Positions 29,926 through 41,534 are shown, counted from the stretch's first letter. The stretch is DNA of 64,000 nt from Nitrospirota bacterium (GCA_963754875.1 CAVWHO010000016.1:384001-448000), one strand, 5' to 3'. Numbers and translations are program-made. The notes: generated from the letters alone by a model not told the origin.

Positions 29926-31597
29926 TCTTGCCTCCTGCAAGAGGGAACCAAAGCGTGAAAGATGAGCCCTTGCCTTGTTCGCTTATAACCGAAAGCTCCC
30001 CTTTATGTTCCTTCACAATTCCGTAGCTGACTGCCAGTCCCAGGCCTGTTCCTTGTCCCGGCGGCTTTGTCGTAAAGAACGGCTCGAATATTTTATCCTT
30101 GATCTCTTCGGGCATGCCGCAGCCCGTGTCTGAAAAAACAATCCTTACGCCGTTTCTCTCCCTGTCGTGAGCGGTGCTGACGGTAAGGCGTCCATCGGAC
30201 TGCATGGCCTGAATGGCGTTCCGTATAAGGTTTGTGAAAATCCGCTTCAGTTTGTCCTCGTCCGCTGCGAGAGGAGGCAGCGCGGGATCATAATCGCGGA
30301 TGAAACTAACATTTCCGCCGCGCAATGTGTCCTCAATCGTAACCAGCGCCGATTCGACGGCTGCATTTATGTCGGTTGGGATGCGAACGATTTTTGTATG
30401 ACGTGAAAAATTGAGAAGATCCTCAACGATCTTCTTGCACAATCGTGCGTTGCTGAAAACAATATCGAGATCTTCCCTTGTCTGCTCCGTGGCAGGATAT
30501 TTCTTGCGCAGTATATTTATATAGCCCAGGATCACGCTGAGCGGATTATTAATCTCGTGGGCCACGCCTGCGCCAAGCCGCCCGATGGACGCGAGCTTGT
30601 CCGCCTGAAGCATCCGCTCCTCCATCTCTTTTCTTTCCTCTTCGGCTTTTTTCAGATGAACCATCATCCTGTTAAAAGATTCGGCCAACTCGTAGACTTC
30701 ATCATAGCCATACTCTTCCGGAGGCGAGATGAGAGCGTTCGTTTCATCGTTTCCAGGGGCAATGGGCCGCTTCTCGGGCACATCGAAATGGACATCGAGG
30801 CCGCGGTGTCCGTCCGTGACTTCCTTGAAAAAGGAACTTACTCGCTTCAGGGGTACCACGGCAAGTCGGTAATGGAAGTAATTGAGACCGGCAAAAAGGG
30901 CGGCCATCGCGGCTATTCCGAAAAGAAAAAAATACATCGCTACGTGCCGTAACTGCCGGAAGGTCTCGCTCACCGGCGCAGCAATCGACTCGATGCCGAT
31001 TACGTCGCCTACTTTCCAGTGACGGCCATGCAGCGTTCCGTATTGCCGGGTAATGGACACCGGTGAAGAAGCCGGATCTCCGTGGCAGAGCAGGCACTCT
31101 TTTTCCGCGACAACCGCTTTAAGATGCAGAAAGAAATCCTCGCCGTTCCTGGAGACCAGGCCCCTCCATTGCTTTTTTGAAGCCGGGTCATTCCGAAACT
31201 GTCTGATATAGCGCTCTTCAAAGGCATCGGCCCGGCTGGCCGGATTCATCGGATCGAGGGCGACCCTGCGGTAAATATAGCGGGGAAACCTTTGTTTGAA
31301 CCTCTTCATGATACCCATGTTCATAAAGGTGTTGGACATGACCTGCTTGATGAAGACGTTGCTGGGCAGGGCATGGAATATCTGGGGGCGGAGTTCGTCC
31401 CGGGCATATTCCATAGTAGCGTCAATATGTCCCAGTACAATATCCGTCTTCTCATAGGCTTCCTGAATGTATATTTTTTTTAAATAGGAATAGGTCAGAA
31501 GGGAAAGAGCGGAAATAGCACACAACAGGATGATGCCTAATCCAAACATGAACTTTGCTGTCAGCGACGAACTGCGCTGTTTTAGTATACCGCCCAA
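29900..31597 (-). CDS. sensor histidine kinase with a periplasmic c-heme (DUF3365-like) domain
   Basis: Periplasmic [31 protein letters not shown] and GTGLGL. TTG start at 31597 with GAGG RBS. Confidence 0.88.
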   Translation of the reverse strand: MGGILKQRSSSLTAKFMFGLGIILLCAISALSLLTYSYLKKIYIQEAYEKTDIVLGHIDATMEYARDELRPQIFHALPSNVFIKQVMSNTFMNMGIMKRFKQRFPRYIYRRVALDPMNPASRADAFEERYIRQFRNDPASKKQWRGLVSRNGEDFFLHLKAVVAEKECLLCHGDPASSPVSITRQYGTLHGRHWKVGDVIGIESIAAPVSETFRQLRHVAMYFFLFGIAAMAALFAGLNYFHYRLAVVPLKRVSSFFKEVTDGHRGLDVHFDVPEKRPIAPGNDETNALISPPEEYGYDEVYELAESFNRMMVHLKKAEEERKEMEERMLQADKLASIGRLGAGVAHEINNPLSVILGYINILRKKYPATEQTREDLDIVFSNARLCKKIVEDLLNFSRHTKIVRIPTDINAAVESALVTIEDTLRGGNVSFIRDYDPALPPLAADEDKLKRIFTNLIRNAIQAMQSDGRLTVSTAHDRERNGVRIVFSDTGCGMPEEIKDKIFEPFFTTKPPGQGTGLGLAVSYGIVKEHKGELSVISEQGKGSSFTLWFPLAGGKNETEDPHC

Positions 31598-32316
31598 TTT
31601 GACCTCGGTCACTGCTGAAGATTTAGCGAAAACTGCTCGGCATGGACAAATGAATACGAACAGCCGCGAATGTCGGTGCAAAAATATTCAGCTCGCATAC
31701 GCGGGCTTAGGACGAGCACGGGGAAAATCGTGAAACGCTCTAGGAAGCGGCTGAAAAATGACCCTTACGAAAATGCAAAATTAACGATCAACCCCAGCAA
31801 ACGAAATTGAATCCGGAGCTGCTCACCAAGTTCTCAATTGCAAGCCTATCGTGGAAAGGAAGGTCTATCGTGAATGGTAGTTTAATTATAAGGAATATTG
31901 TATTTTATTGCAATGAAATGATAGGCCTTTTTTTAAGGTATCAAGCGAGTGCGGGAGGCTGGTCTTTCAGATGATGCCTTTCCGGTTTTACGTATGTACT
32001 CTCTGACCGGCTCACGCACTCACGGAAAATCAAGCTAATGCCGAATGGAAATACATCCTCAATTCTTGCCTGGTGCTTTTGTCACGCTGGCGCTTCAACG
32101 ATTTAAACTTCGCGGTCCTTGACGAACCTTTCAATCTCCCACCGCTTTCTCGGTTCAAACTGATACAACAGCCTGGGATAGTATCGGATCAATCCGGAAC
32201 TTCCCTGCATAGATTACATTGCAGTGCAAGATATTTCTTGCTGCAAAAAAAACGGTGCGCCTCTGCATCGAAAAAATATTTTCATAAATAACAGCCATTT
32301 AGCAACAACCACAATA

Positions 32317-32332
32317 TGGCATGGCTATTGCT
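32317..32332 (+). promoter_or_regulatory. sigma-54 (-24/-12) promoter
   Basis: TGGCAT-GGCTA-TTGCT, with a cluster of TGCA boxes at 32205-32270 as possible UAS. Confidence 0.8.
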
Positions 32333-32383
32333 CTAGGCATCGTCTAGGACGTAACCAACAAATCTTTAATTCCAGGTGAACCA

Positions 32384-34132
32384 ATGAAACCTAAATTAGA
32401 AGCAATACGCAAAAGCATTCAGGAACGTCACGGCTGGAGGTGGTTTCTGCTTTTCACCGTTCTGCTGGGCGCCACCATGTCGGCCCTCGATGTCAGCATC
32501 GTCAACGTGGCTATGCCGACGCTGAAGAACACGTTCGGGGTTTCGATGGCCGTCATAGAATGGGTGGCAATGGCGTATATGCTTACGCTGATCATTTTTC
32601 TTCCGCTGTTCGGAAGACTCGCCGATATATTCGGCAGGTCGAAGCTCTATAATATCGGCTTTGTAGTTTTCTCCTTGGGTTCGCTTTTTTGCGGCATGTC
32701 GACCACGGCGGGGTTCATGATCGCAGCCCGCATTATCCAGGCTGTCGGGGCCGGGCTTCTGCAAGCCAACTCCGTTGCCCTTATTACGAAGGCATTTCCG
32801 GCAAACGAACGGGGTAAAGCTATCGGCATCCAGGCAGCTGTCCAGGCGATAGCGATGTCAGCAGGTCCTTTTATCGGAGGCATCCTCATAGCCACGATAG
32901 GCTGGCAAGCGATCTTCTATGTGAATATCCCCATCGGCATAGTAGGGACAATTGCCGCCCTGTTCATTCTTCCGCGCGACCCGAGAGTCGATAAGAAGGA
33001 GAACGTTGATTACCTTGGGGCAACGCTATTTGCCTCAGGGCTGGCATGTATCGTGCTGGCCTTCAACGGGGGAGTAAAGCTCGAGTCAGGCTCTTTTACG
33101 ACCATCGTATTATTCATTCATGCCTGTATTCTGCTCGGCCTTTTCATCCTCACGGAATTGCGGGTTGAAAATCCTCTGATCGACCTCAAACTGTTCCAAA
33201 ACCGCACGTTCCTCGTCGGCAACCTGACCGGTATGTTGTCCTATTTTGTCCTGTTCGCAATCATGTTCCTGATGCCCTTTTATCTTGAAAAAGCGCTGGG
33301 CTACAGTGTCGCTCTGACCGGCTCCCTGCTGACCCCCCTTCTTCTTGCGATGGCGGTAACGGCCCCGTTCTCGGGCCACATCTCGGATAAATACGGTCCG
33401 AGGATAATTACAACTTCCGGCATGCTTCTTTCCACGCTGGCATGTTTCTCGATAATGTTGATGGGAGTGTCCGTGCACCTGCCCTTGCTGGCCGCAGTTT
33501 TGATACTCCTCGGGGTCGGCATGGGGATGTTTATTACGCCTAACAACAGCGCAGTCATAGGATCAGCCCCTCAGGAAAAACTGGGGATGGCCGGAGGAGT
33601 CCTCAACATGATGAGGTCCCTCGGGCTTATCTTCGGGGTGAACATTTCAGGACTGATATTTACTACTCTGGAGCGCAGGTACCTGTCCGACAACGGGTAT
33701 CCGAATGTTCAACGTGTATTCGGCAACACCGGCATTCCTGTGCCTGTCAAAGCCGGCGCATTTATGCACGGGTTCATGATGGTAATTACGGTCCTTATGG
33801 CAGTCACTATTTTATCGGCGCTCCTTTCCTCTGTCAGGAAAGTCAAAACAGCCGCCATTATAGATCATGAAGCGACGGAAACAGCGCTTGTTTCATCAGG
33901 ATTCTTTAACGGCTTCAGCAGGGAAAGAAGGGGAATGGCTTTATTTATAATGCTCCTTCTCTTTGCAGGCGTCACAGGAGCGTTCGCCTCTTCCCGGTCA
34001 ACGAGTGAGACCGTTTCCGCTTCGAAGACTGTGCAGAGCCAGCCTCTGGCTCCGGGCCACAGCTCAAACGGGCCTGGACAAAGAACCGGTATGCGTGACT
34101 GGGCCTTCGACCTTTTCTCCAATGTCAATTAA
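32384..34132 (+). CDS. DHA2 (EmrB/QacA) MFS transporter with a C-terminal extension
   Basis: LDVSIVNVAMP, GRLADIFGR, GWQAIFYVNIPIG and NPLIDL motifs. Confidence 0.9.
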   Translation: MKPKLEAIRKSIQERHGWRWFLLFTVLLGATMSALDVSIVNVAMPTLKNTFGVSMAVIEWVAMAYMLTLIIFLPLFGRLADIFGRSKLYNIGFVVFSLGSLFCGMSTTAGFMIAARIIQAVGAGLLQANSVALITKAFPANERGKAIGIQAAVQAIAMSAGPFIGGILIATIGWQAIFYVNIPIGIVGTIAALFILPRDPRVDKKENVDYLGATLFASGLACIVLAFNGGVKLESGSFTTIVLFIHACILLGLFILTELRVENPLIDLKLFQNRTFLVGNLTGMLSYFVLFAIMFLMPFYLEKALGYSVALTGSLLTPLLLAMAVTAPFSGHISDKYGPRIITTSGMLLSTLACFSIMLMGVSVHLPLLAAVLILLGVGMGMFITPNNSAVIGSAPQEKLGMAGGVLNMMRSLGLIFGVNISGLIFTTLERRYLSDNGYPNVQRVFGNTGIPVPVKAGAFMHGFMMVITVLMAVTILSALLSSVRKVKTAAIIDHEATETALVSSGFFNGFSRERRGMALFIMLLLFAGVTGAFASSRSTSETVSASKTVQSQPLAPGHSSNGPGQRTGMRDWAFDLFSNVN

Positions 34133-34275
34133 GGAAATGGGATCCAAGTTACTAAAATTACTGCAACAGGAGGTTATCTATTCATGAGCAGTTCATAGTT
34201 ATCTGATTCGTTATTTTCTTTGCATGTTTCTTTTCGGAATCACAAATTTAAAATAAATTTCATGGAGGTTCGATC

Positions 34276-35040
34276 ATGGCGGCAAGTTGGCTGTTTTTAC
34301 TCACGTGTAGCTTAGGCGGTGCATTCTTATCCAGTCTTTTGGGAATAGGGGGGGCCATATTCATTATCCCCATAATTTTATTTTTTCAGAACAGCGTAAA
34401 TCTGAATCTGGAGATACATCAGATAAGCGCCCTTGCAACCCTTTTCGTCTTTGTTGCGGGCGTCGTCGGTTTTTGGGCGCATGGCAGGCATTATAAGATA
34501 GAAAAAAAGCTGGTGCTTATAACAGGCAGCGGCGCCGCTGTCGGCGCGCTCGCAGGGGGAGCTGTGCAATTCTATCTGCCTCATAATGTGATCCTGATTA
34601 CCTTCGTCGCACTGTTGTTCCTTATCGGCGGGTTGATGATCTGGCCGATCAAGAATGAGAGTACGGAGATGCCCGAGTATTCCTTGGCCAAAGCGGCTAT
34701 CGGCTGCGTGATAGGAGGCTTCCTGGCAGGCATGGTGGGCATCGGGGGAGGCACGATACTTGTGCCCTTTATGATAGTATTTCTTCGCATTCCTACCAGG
34801 CCGGCCATCTCAACCGGACTGGCCCTGGTGATGCTCGCGGGCTTTTTCGGATTGATCGGCCGGCTGGGACATGCTTCCACTGTTCCCTGGACGTTGGGCA
34901 TCCCCCTTGTGCTCGGCATTCTTCCCGGCAGTCTGCTCGGAACGTATACGAACAAGCGGATGCCGACAGCCATTTTACGTAAAAGTTTTGCGGTGATGAT
35001 CCTGATGCTGGCAGTACAACAGGTCACGAGATTTTTTTGA
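34276..35040 (+). CDS. TauE/SafE sulfite exporter family protein
   Basis: Two GIGGG repeats and ~8 TMs. Confidence 0.88.
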   Translation: MAASWLFLLTCSLGGAFLSSLLGIGGAIFIIPIILFFQNSVNLNLEIHQISALATLFVFVAGVVGFWAHGRHYKIEKKLVLITGSGAAVGALAGGAVQFYLPHNVILITFVALLFLIGGLMIWPIKNESTEMPEYSLAKAAIGCVIGGFLAGMVGIGGGTILVPFMIVFLRIPTRPAISTGLALVMLAGFFGLIGRLGHASTVPWTLGIPLVLGILPGSLLGTYTNKRMPTAILRKSFAVMILMLAVQQVTRFF

Positions 35041-35065
35041 AAATTTCAGAGGAGTTATTTGAACA

Positions 35066-36682
35066 ATGTCAACGAAGGGAAATGGATCAACATCTAACAG
35101 TTATATAAAAAACCTCCTGCAGCATTGGCAGGATTTCCGCCTGAAGCTTTTTGTTGAAGGTATTTTAGTCGGAGCTTTTGCCGGTTTTGTCGTGGTTGGT
35201 TTCAGACTTGTGCTGGCCTGGGTGAGTCCGCAAAGGGACAAGCTATTTGCCTTTCTTGAATCGGGCGCTTTCGGCTGGACCGTGCTGTCGTTTGCATGCC
35301 TCATCGGGATTGGCTTGATTTTGTCCTGGCTGATCAAGAAGGTCCCCATGTCGACCGGCAGCGGCATCCCGCAGGTTAAAGGCATTCTGGCAGGATTACT
35401 GAAGGCAACAAGCTGGGTTAACATAATCGGGGCAAAGTTCATCGGCGGTGTGTTAGGAATCGGGGCCGGCCTTTCTTTAGGCCGGGAAGGCCCGTCCGTA
35501 CAATTAGGAGCAGCGGCGGGTCAGGGGGTCAGCAGGCTTTTGAGACGCCCCGCTCTGGAGGAAAAATATCTGCTCACCAGCGGGGCAGCCGCAGGGCTGT
35601 CTGCCGCTTTCAATGCCCCTCTGGCCGGGGTGGTGTTTGCCCTGGAAGAACTGCACAAAAACTTTTCGCCGGTAGTGCTGGCCACTACCGTGGCCGCCTC
35701 GGTTACCGCAGACCTTGTCACCCGCATTTTTTGCGGACAAGAAGCGGTATTTGGTTTTCACAATCTTTCAGTGCTGCCTTTTCAGTATTACCTGTACGTT
35801 GTGATGCTGGGCCTTATAGTCGGAGTTTCCGGTGTATTGTTCAACTCCGGCCTGGTTAAATCCCAGATGTTTTACGAGAAACTGCACTGGATGCCATCCT
35901 GGTTGAAGCCTGCACTTCCTCTGGCAGCGGCCGGATTCCTGGGATTTGTCATGCCCCAGGCATTGGGAGGCGGCGCCCGGTTGATTAATTCGCTGCCACA
36001 GATGCATTACGCGCTCTCCATACTGATGGTTATTTTCGCTGTTAAATTTTTGTTTACCGTGTTCAGTTACGGTACGGGCGTCCCGGGCGGCATTTTCATG
36101 CCGCTTTTAGCCATCGGCGCGGTAACCGGGAACGTGTACGGCAACATTGTAGCACAATATCTTCATGTTGATCCTATTTACGTCAACAACTTCATTATCC
36201 TGGCAATGGCCGCACATTTCAGCGCCATCGTCAAAGCGCCCATTACAGGGAGCATCCTGATCCTGGAAATGACCGGCAGCTTCGAGCAGCTTTTACCTCT
36301 CATTACCGTCTGCATGTCCGCCTATATTGCCAGTGATTTGCTGGAAGGCAAGCCTATTTACGATGTTCTGCTCAATCGGATGATGGCGAAACGAAGATCG
36401 GCCCAGGAGCCAGGCCCTCAGGATCATGATGGGGAGATGCATATTGTGGAAAAAATAGTCGGCCTGGAGGCCCCCGTTTGCGACAGCAAGGTATGTGATA
36501 TTGAATGGCCGGAGAACAGTCTTTTGGTGGGCATCAGACGAGGGGACGAAGAGATGATCCCGGCCCGGGACACCATTATTTATCCCGGCGATTATTTGAT
36601 AGTAATGTCCGGAACAGCGAAGCTTTCACATGTGCACGCGTCTTTACAGGAACTGACTGGTGAAGAGAAAACCGATAATTAA
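35066..36682 (+). CDS. clcA: ClC H+/Cl- antiporter with a C-terminal TrkA-C domain
   Basis: GSGIP, GREGP, AAFNAPLAG and GGIFMP motifs; C-terminal GIRRGDEEMIP. Confidence 0.88.
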   Translation: MSTKGNGSTSNSYIKNLLQHWQDFRLKLFVEGILVGAFAGFVVVGFRLVLAWVSPQRDKLFAFLESGAFGWTVLSFACLIGIGLILSWLIKKVPMSTGSGIPQVKGILAGLLKATSWVNIIGAKFIGGVLGIGAGLSLGREGPSVQLGAAAGQGVSRLLRRPALEEKYLLTSGAAAGLSAAFNAPLAGVVFALEELHKNFSPVVLATTVAASVTADLVTRIFCGQEAVFGFHNLSVLPFQYYLYVVMLGLIVGVSGVLFNSGLVKSQMFYEKLHWMPSWLKPALPLAAAGFLGFVMPQALGGGARLINSLPQMHYALSILMVIFAVKFLFTVFSYGTGVPGGIFMPLLAIGAVTGNVYGNIVAQYLHVDPIYVNNFIILAMAAHFSAIVKAPITGSILILEMTGSFEQLLPLITVCMSAYIASDLLEGKPIYDVLLNRMMAKRRSAQEPGPQDHDGEMHIVEKIVGLEAPVCDSKVCDIEWPENSLLVGIRRGDEEMIPARDTIIYPGDYLIVMSGTAKLSHVHASLQELTGEEKTDN

Positions 36683-36707
36683 AGACAGCGGCCCGGGAAA
36701 GTCGAAT

Positions 36708-37232
36708 ATGCCTGGAACAATGGTACGGGACATCATGACGACCATTGACGGCTATAGCGCCGTGAATGATGACGCGGACCTCAAGGAAGCGATAAAAGTC
36801 CTTCAGGGATCTTTTTACCGTGACGACAAAGGAATTGTTTGCGGACACTCGTCCGTCCTGGTAATCGATAAGGCCGAAAAATTAACAGGCATTCTGACCA
36901 TTCAGTGCATGCTGAAGGCTATAGACAGAAAATCGGCTGAACTGGGCCTGCCTCCGGGCGGCCTTTTCAGCCGGCTTTCCCTGCTGCACAGGATGCTGGC
37001 TCAAATACCGGTGCGGGAGGCCATGAGCCCGGTTGTAAAAACAGGAGTGAAGGACGATGAAAGCGCCGGTCAGGCCATCCGAAAACTGCTGGAAAGCGAG
37101 GCCAGGATTTTACCGGTGATCCGCGAGGGTAACGTGGTGGGCATCGTAAGCTCCATTGATTTATTGCAAAGTGTCGGCCAGGTATTGGGCGAAAAGCAAG
37201 GAGTAATTCTCAGCTTTTTAACGGTCTCATAA
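36708..37232 (+). CDS. CBS-domain protein
   Basis: VRDIM...LTGILT and VREAM...LPV...VVGIV CBS pair. Confidence 0.85.
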   Translation: MPGTMVRDIMTTIDGYSAVNDDADLKEAIKVLQGSFYRDDKGIVCGHSSVLVIDKAEKLTGILTIQCMLKAIDRKSAELGLPPGGLFSRLSLLHRMLAQIPVREAMSPVVKTGVKDDESAGQAIRKLLESEARILPVIREGNVVGIVSSIDLLQSVGQVLGEKQGVILSFLTVS

Positions 37233-37278
37233 CGGCAGGGAAGCTCGCTTTTGCCGAAGAGAACCAGAAAGGGGCCTT

Positions 37279-37830
37279 ATGAAATTACATGATGCATGGT
37301 CATATATTAAATCGATGAGATGCTCCACGGTGGAAATTTCGGGATCGGCCATCAGCCAACTCGAGGGAGGAACTGTCGTCGCGAGCGTTCCGAAGGTAGA
37401 AATACGGGAGGTCACTCTGTGCCACGATTCGCAATCCCGTTATCCGTTTCTGCGCTTTTTCACCGGGTTCGTGCTCATTCTTTTCGGGCTTATTCTTTTT
37501 GCCGACGCCTTCCTGAAAGCCGAGGGCGGCGTCGTCCTCGTCCATATAAAATCCTTTACTCTCGGAATCCCGGTCATTCCCATCCTTCTCTGCGGGTTGA
37601 TCGGCGGAGGCGTCTGGCTTATCAGGGGTGTTTTCCGGGGAAGATTTAATTTTTTGATCAAGTCCGTCAACGGAGACCGAAAAATATTCTTCGGAGAATC
37701 GACCGATGTCAAAGAAATCCGGGACTTTGTCGGCAGGGCAGTCCATGAATTCGGATACGAGATTGACGCCTCGCTGTTCGATACGATGCTCTTCGAGCAG
37801 GCGCCTCAAAAGCGGATGACGCTTTCTTAA
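37279..37830 (+). CDS. hypothetical membrane protein
   Basis: Two TM segments; no family recognised. Confidence 0.6.
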   Translation: MKLHDAWSYIKSMRCSTVEISGSAISQLEGGTVVASVPKVEIREVTLCHDSQSRYPFLRFFTGFVLILFGLILFADAFLKAEGGVVLVHIKSFTLGIPVIPILLCGLIGGGVWLIRGVFRGRFNFLIKSVNGDRKIFFGESTDVKEIRDFVGRAVHEFGYEIDASLFDTMLFEQAPQKRMTLS

Positions 37831-38681
37831 CGTTTATCAGTTTCAGCTCTCCAGGCCGCTGCGATCTTTTCGGCATCCAGGTCCGGAATATCCGTATTGG
37901 CGTCGTATGTTTTTAACGTGTCTGTAATTTTATTGATAATTTCCTCGGCATTTTTCTTGTTTTCTTCGCTTGCGGCCATGAGCCGTATGGTATTTTGCCA
38001 AAAAGAGACCTCTTTCGCATAATCGGAAATCCTGGCCAGCAGAAGTAATTTTAATTTCGTGTAATAACTCTCGATATCCTCGATTCTTTTCTTCAGTAAA
38101 TCATTTTGGGATTTACTTTCCCTGCTGAGATGTTTAAATTCCCAATGAATTTTAGCTCTGTTAGCTTCATGAATATAATAAAAAATAAACATCATCATCG
38201 CATAAAGCGCAGCCGCAATCAGCGCATTTTTAAGAGCCGACCACAAATGTGAAGTCAAGTCGTATTCAGATTTGAATTTGAGCCCTAACGACTCGGCATT
38301 CATAACGGAGACGGGTATATCGGGTGCCTGAGTGCTTACCAGAATAGTTAATCTCGTCAGGGTATGCGGCGGAATTTTGGATATCTGAAAATATCTTTTT
38401 GACGATTTAGTAGCGATCGATTCTATAACTTCGACCTGCTCGGATGCAAATATATCTGAGACGGTGATCGTTTTAGGGGTCTTAATTAAGAGGCCATTAA
38501 TTAAATTATCAGTGTAGTTCGCACACGTAACTATTACATATGCCTGCCCGTTTATCAATGTCGCGTCGCTGACGCTCACGGTCCCCTTTGCATCATCAAA
38601 ATATTCAACTGCCGTATTTAATGTCAAAGTTGCTATAAACGTAATCACGACAGCTATTGCAATATTGAAGTATTTACCCAT
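37827..38681 (-). CDS. hypothetical membrane protein (AT-rich)
   Basis: RBS AAGGAG; TM, beta-rich domain, TM, then a coiled-coil-like region. Confidence 0.65.
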   Translation of the reverse strand: MGKYFNIAIAVVITFIATLTLNTAVEYFDDAKGTVSVSDATLINGQAYVIVTCANYTDNLINGLLIKTPKTITVSDIFASEQVEVIESIATKSSKRYFQISKIPPHTLTRLTILVSTQAPDIPVSVMNAESLGLKFKSEYDLTSHLWSALKNALIAAALYAMMMFIFYYIHEANRAKIHWEFKHLSRESKSQNDLLKKRIEDIESYYTKLKLLLLARISDYAKEVSFWQNTIRLMAASEENKKNAEEIINKITDTLKTYDANTDIPDLDAEKIAAAWRAETDKR

Positions 38682-39044
38682 ATAATGCGCTCCTTTGTCC
38701 TACTCCGTTTCCCGAACAGGGAGATCGGAAAACCATGTCGATACCTTGTCATAATTGTAATATGAACCGGCCGATGCGTCAAACAAAAAATTGCATCCGG
38801 GTTGACAAATGCATATCGACAGGAGGGTAGCCAGCCGCGAAGCTCGGTCGGCATAAATTGATTATACGAGCTTCAGGCATATTACAAGCGGAAGTTTGCA
38901 GAAGTATAAAAGAGGGCCGACTCCATCTTTGCAGATAAAGGCTGCAATTGCCGGACGCTGCAATTTTTGCAGACTTTCCGGGATTCGTTGAAGGTTCAAT
39001 TTATCGAAACTTGTTTTGATTGCAGGTGAACTTCACCGGTCCCA

Positions 39045-40940
39045 CTACCCCTTCAGCGCTTCCAATTCCTCCCACCGTTTATAGACCTCGGAAAGCTCTT
39101 TTTCCACTGCCTCAAGCCGCGCTTTTGTTTCAGCCACCTTTTTGCCGCTCTCACGGTAGAAGGCAGGATCAGCCATGGTCGCAGTGATCTGCTGCTGTTC
39201 GGCATCAAGTCCTTCAATGCGCTTCGGCAGAACGTCTAGCTCTTTCTGCTCCTTGAAGGTGAGCTTCCGGGGCTTCTCTTTTAGCTGGCCCGGCGCAGGC
39301 TTTTGCTCTTCCTGTTTGACGGGAGCGGCCAGGACCTCGCTCTTCCTCCGCTTCTGGCGCAGCCAGTCGTCGTACCCGCCCACGTATTCGTTCACCCTGC
39401 CTTCGCCTTCAAGCACCAGCGTACTCGTGACCACGTTGTTGATGAACGCGCGGTCGTGGCTCACGAGGAGCACGGTGCCCGGATAGTCCATCAGGAGCTC
39501 TTCGAGAAGATCGAGGGTCTCGATGTCCAGGTCGTTTGTGGGCTCGTCGAGTACAAGCACGTTCGAGGGCTGGGTAAAGAGCTTCGCAAGCAGCAGCCGG
39601 TTCCGTTCTCCGCCTGACAGGACCTTTACGGGACTTCGCGCGCGTGCCGGCGCGAACAGGAAATCCTGCAAATAGCCAATGACGTGGCGCTGGTTGCCGT
39701 TGATGGTCACGTGATCGCTGCCATAGGCCACGTTGTCCTGGACGGTTTTTTCATCGTCGAGCTGGGCCCGGTGCTGGTCCAGGTAAGCGACTTCGAGATT
39801 CGTGCCGTGCTTCACCGTGCCTTTCTGAGGTTTCAGCTCCCCGAGCAATATCTTGAGCAGAGTCGTCTTGCCCGAGCCGTTCGGGCCGATGATGCCGATC
39901 TTGTCCCCGCGGATGATGGTCGTTGAAAAGTCGCGGATGATCGTACGGTCGTTGTACGCGTGGCTTACGTGGGTCGCTTCGATGACGAGCTTTCCCGTGC
40001 GCTCGGCCTCCTGCATCTGCATGCGCGCCGTACCCGTGACCTCCCGCCGTTCGCTCCTGATCCTCCGCAAGTCCTTGAGGGCACGCACGCGGCCTTCATT
40101 CCTTGTCCTGCGCGCCTTGACGCCCTGGCGGATCCAGACCTCCTCGGTGGCAAGCTTCTTGTCGAACTTTGCATTCTCCACCGCCTCCGCGTCGAGCGCC
40201 GCCTGCTTGAGTTCAAGGTAGGACTGATAATTCCCGGGCCAGCTCGTGAGCCGCCCCCGGTCGAGGTCCACGATCCGGGTTGCCAGTTTCTGGAGCAGTG
40301 CGCGGTCGTGGGTCACGAACAACAACGTGCCGCCGAAGGTCAGCAGGAACTCTTCGAGCCATGCGATGGCGTCGATATCGAGATGGTTCGTGGGCTCGTC
40401 AAGGAGAAGAAGGTCCGGCTCGCCTGCCAGGGCCTTCGCGAGCAGAACGCGGCGCTTGAGGCCGCCGGAGAGTTCGGAGAACTCGGCGTCTTCGGGAAGT
40501 TGGAGCCGCGTCAGGATCTCCTCGACCTTCTGCTGCATCTGCCAGCCTCCGGCTGCTTCGAACTTGTGCTGGACATCTTCGAGTTCGGCCATCAGCTTTT
40601 CACTGTGGTCATGGGCCAGCCTGGCGCTCACGTGATGATACTGGGCGAGCAGTTTCCCTTGCTCGCCGAAGGCTGCCGAGACGACGTCGAACACGCTGCC
40701 GAAGAGCTTCTGCGGAACTTCCTGGGTCAAAAGCGTGATGCGGACGTTCTGCTGGGACACGATCTTCCCGCTGTCGGGCCTTACTTCGCGGGCAATGAGC
40801 CGCATGATCGTGGACTTGCCCGTGCCGTTCCTGCCGACAAGGCAGACCCGCTCACCCCGGTCGATGGACAAATCGACGCCTTCGAGAAGCCGGGGCCCGC
40901 CGAAGCTGACGTTCACTCCCTGTAAACTGACTAATGCCAT
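39045..40940 (-). CDS. uup: ABC-F ATPase Uup
   Basis: Two ABC domains (GRNGTGKS/LSGG, GPNGSGKT/LSGGE), WIRQGVKARRTRNEGRVRAL linker and C-terminal coiled coil. Confidence 0.93.
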   Translation of the reverse strand: MALVSLQGVNVSFGGPRLLEGVDLSIDRGERVCLVGRNGTGKSTIMRLIAREVRPDSGKIVSQQNVRITLLTQEVPQKLFGSVFDVVSAAFGEQGKLLAQYHHVSARLAHDHSEKLMAELEDVQHKFEAAGGWQMQQKVEEILTRLQLPEDAEFSELSGGLKRRVLLAKALAGEPDLLLLDEPTNHLDIDAIAWLEEFLLTFGGTLLFVTHDRALLQKLATRIVDLDRGRLTSWPGNYQSYLELKQAALDAEAVENAKFDKKLATEEVWIRQGVKARRTRNEGRVRALKDLRRIRSERREVTGTARMQMQEAERTGKLVIEATHVSHAYNDRTIIRDFSTTIIRGDKIGIIGPNGSGKTTLLKILLGELKPQKGTVKHGTNLEVAYLDQHRAQLDDEKTVQDNVAYGSDHVTINGNQRHVIGYLQDFLFAPARARSPVKVLSGGERNRLLLAKLFTQPSNVLVLDEPTNDLDIETLDLLEELLMDYPGTVLLVSHDRAFINNVVTSTLVLEGEGRVNEYVGGYDDWLRQKRRKSEVLAAPVKQEEQKPAPGQLKEKPRKLTFKEQKELDVLPKRIEGLDAEQQQITATMADPAFYRESGKKVAETKARLEAVEKELSEVYKRWEELEALKG

Positions 40941-41173
40941 CAAATACTCCGTTCTTTCTCCACTGCTGTGCCCGCACAATGTACCGTGAGCGGGCGTGAA
41001 TTGCAATTGAAATCATTTGAAAACAGGGGGATCAAAGGTTACGATAAATTCGGGACTCCCGTAGGAACACCGGATGAACTGATTTTCCTGCGGCTCAGGC
41101 CCGGTTGTCCGTTGTAACGGAGGGCCGTGCTGTGATAGAGTGGGAATACACATTGACGGGAGTGGAACTGATA

Positions 41174-41395
41174 TTGAACACGAAAGAACAGCAGATTATA
41201 GACGGGTTGAAAATCATATGCCAGTGCAAAGGCATCAGGAAGAGTGTCTTTCTCAGACACATCAAGGCAGGCCGGAAGACCGTCGCGGAGTTGCAGAAAG
41301 CCACCGGTGCAGGCTCCGGCTCGTGCAAGGGGAAACAATGCACCGCGCGCATTATCGAGCTGCTCGCGTCAGAGCAGAAGAAAGGAGACCATTAA
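41174..41395 (+). CDS. BFD-like (2Fe-2S)-binding protein
   Basis: ICQCKGI...TGAGSGSCKGKQC. Confidence 0.8.
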   Translation: MNTKEQQIIDGLKIICQCKGIRKSVFLRHIKAGRKTVAELQKATGAGSGSCKGKQCTARIIELLASEQKKGDH

Positions 41396-41534
41396 TGTAA
41401 ATTTGTACGGTCAACTTTCACCTACAAGTTTGCAGTATCCTTGACAAAGAAAATATCCAAAATACCAGCTAAAACTTGCAACGTAGATGACTCCAAAGTT
41501 TGTATTGCGTCCCGGCGCCGGATCATGCCCCAGT

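Noticed and set aside
38900..39025. Cluster of TGCA boxes resembling the UAS region at 32205-32270
   Set aside because: No -24/-12 element found nearby on either strand.
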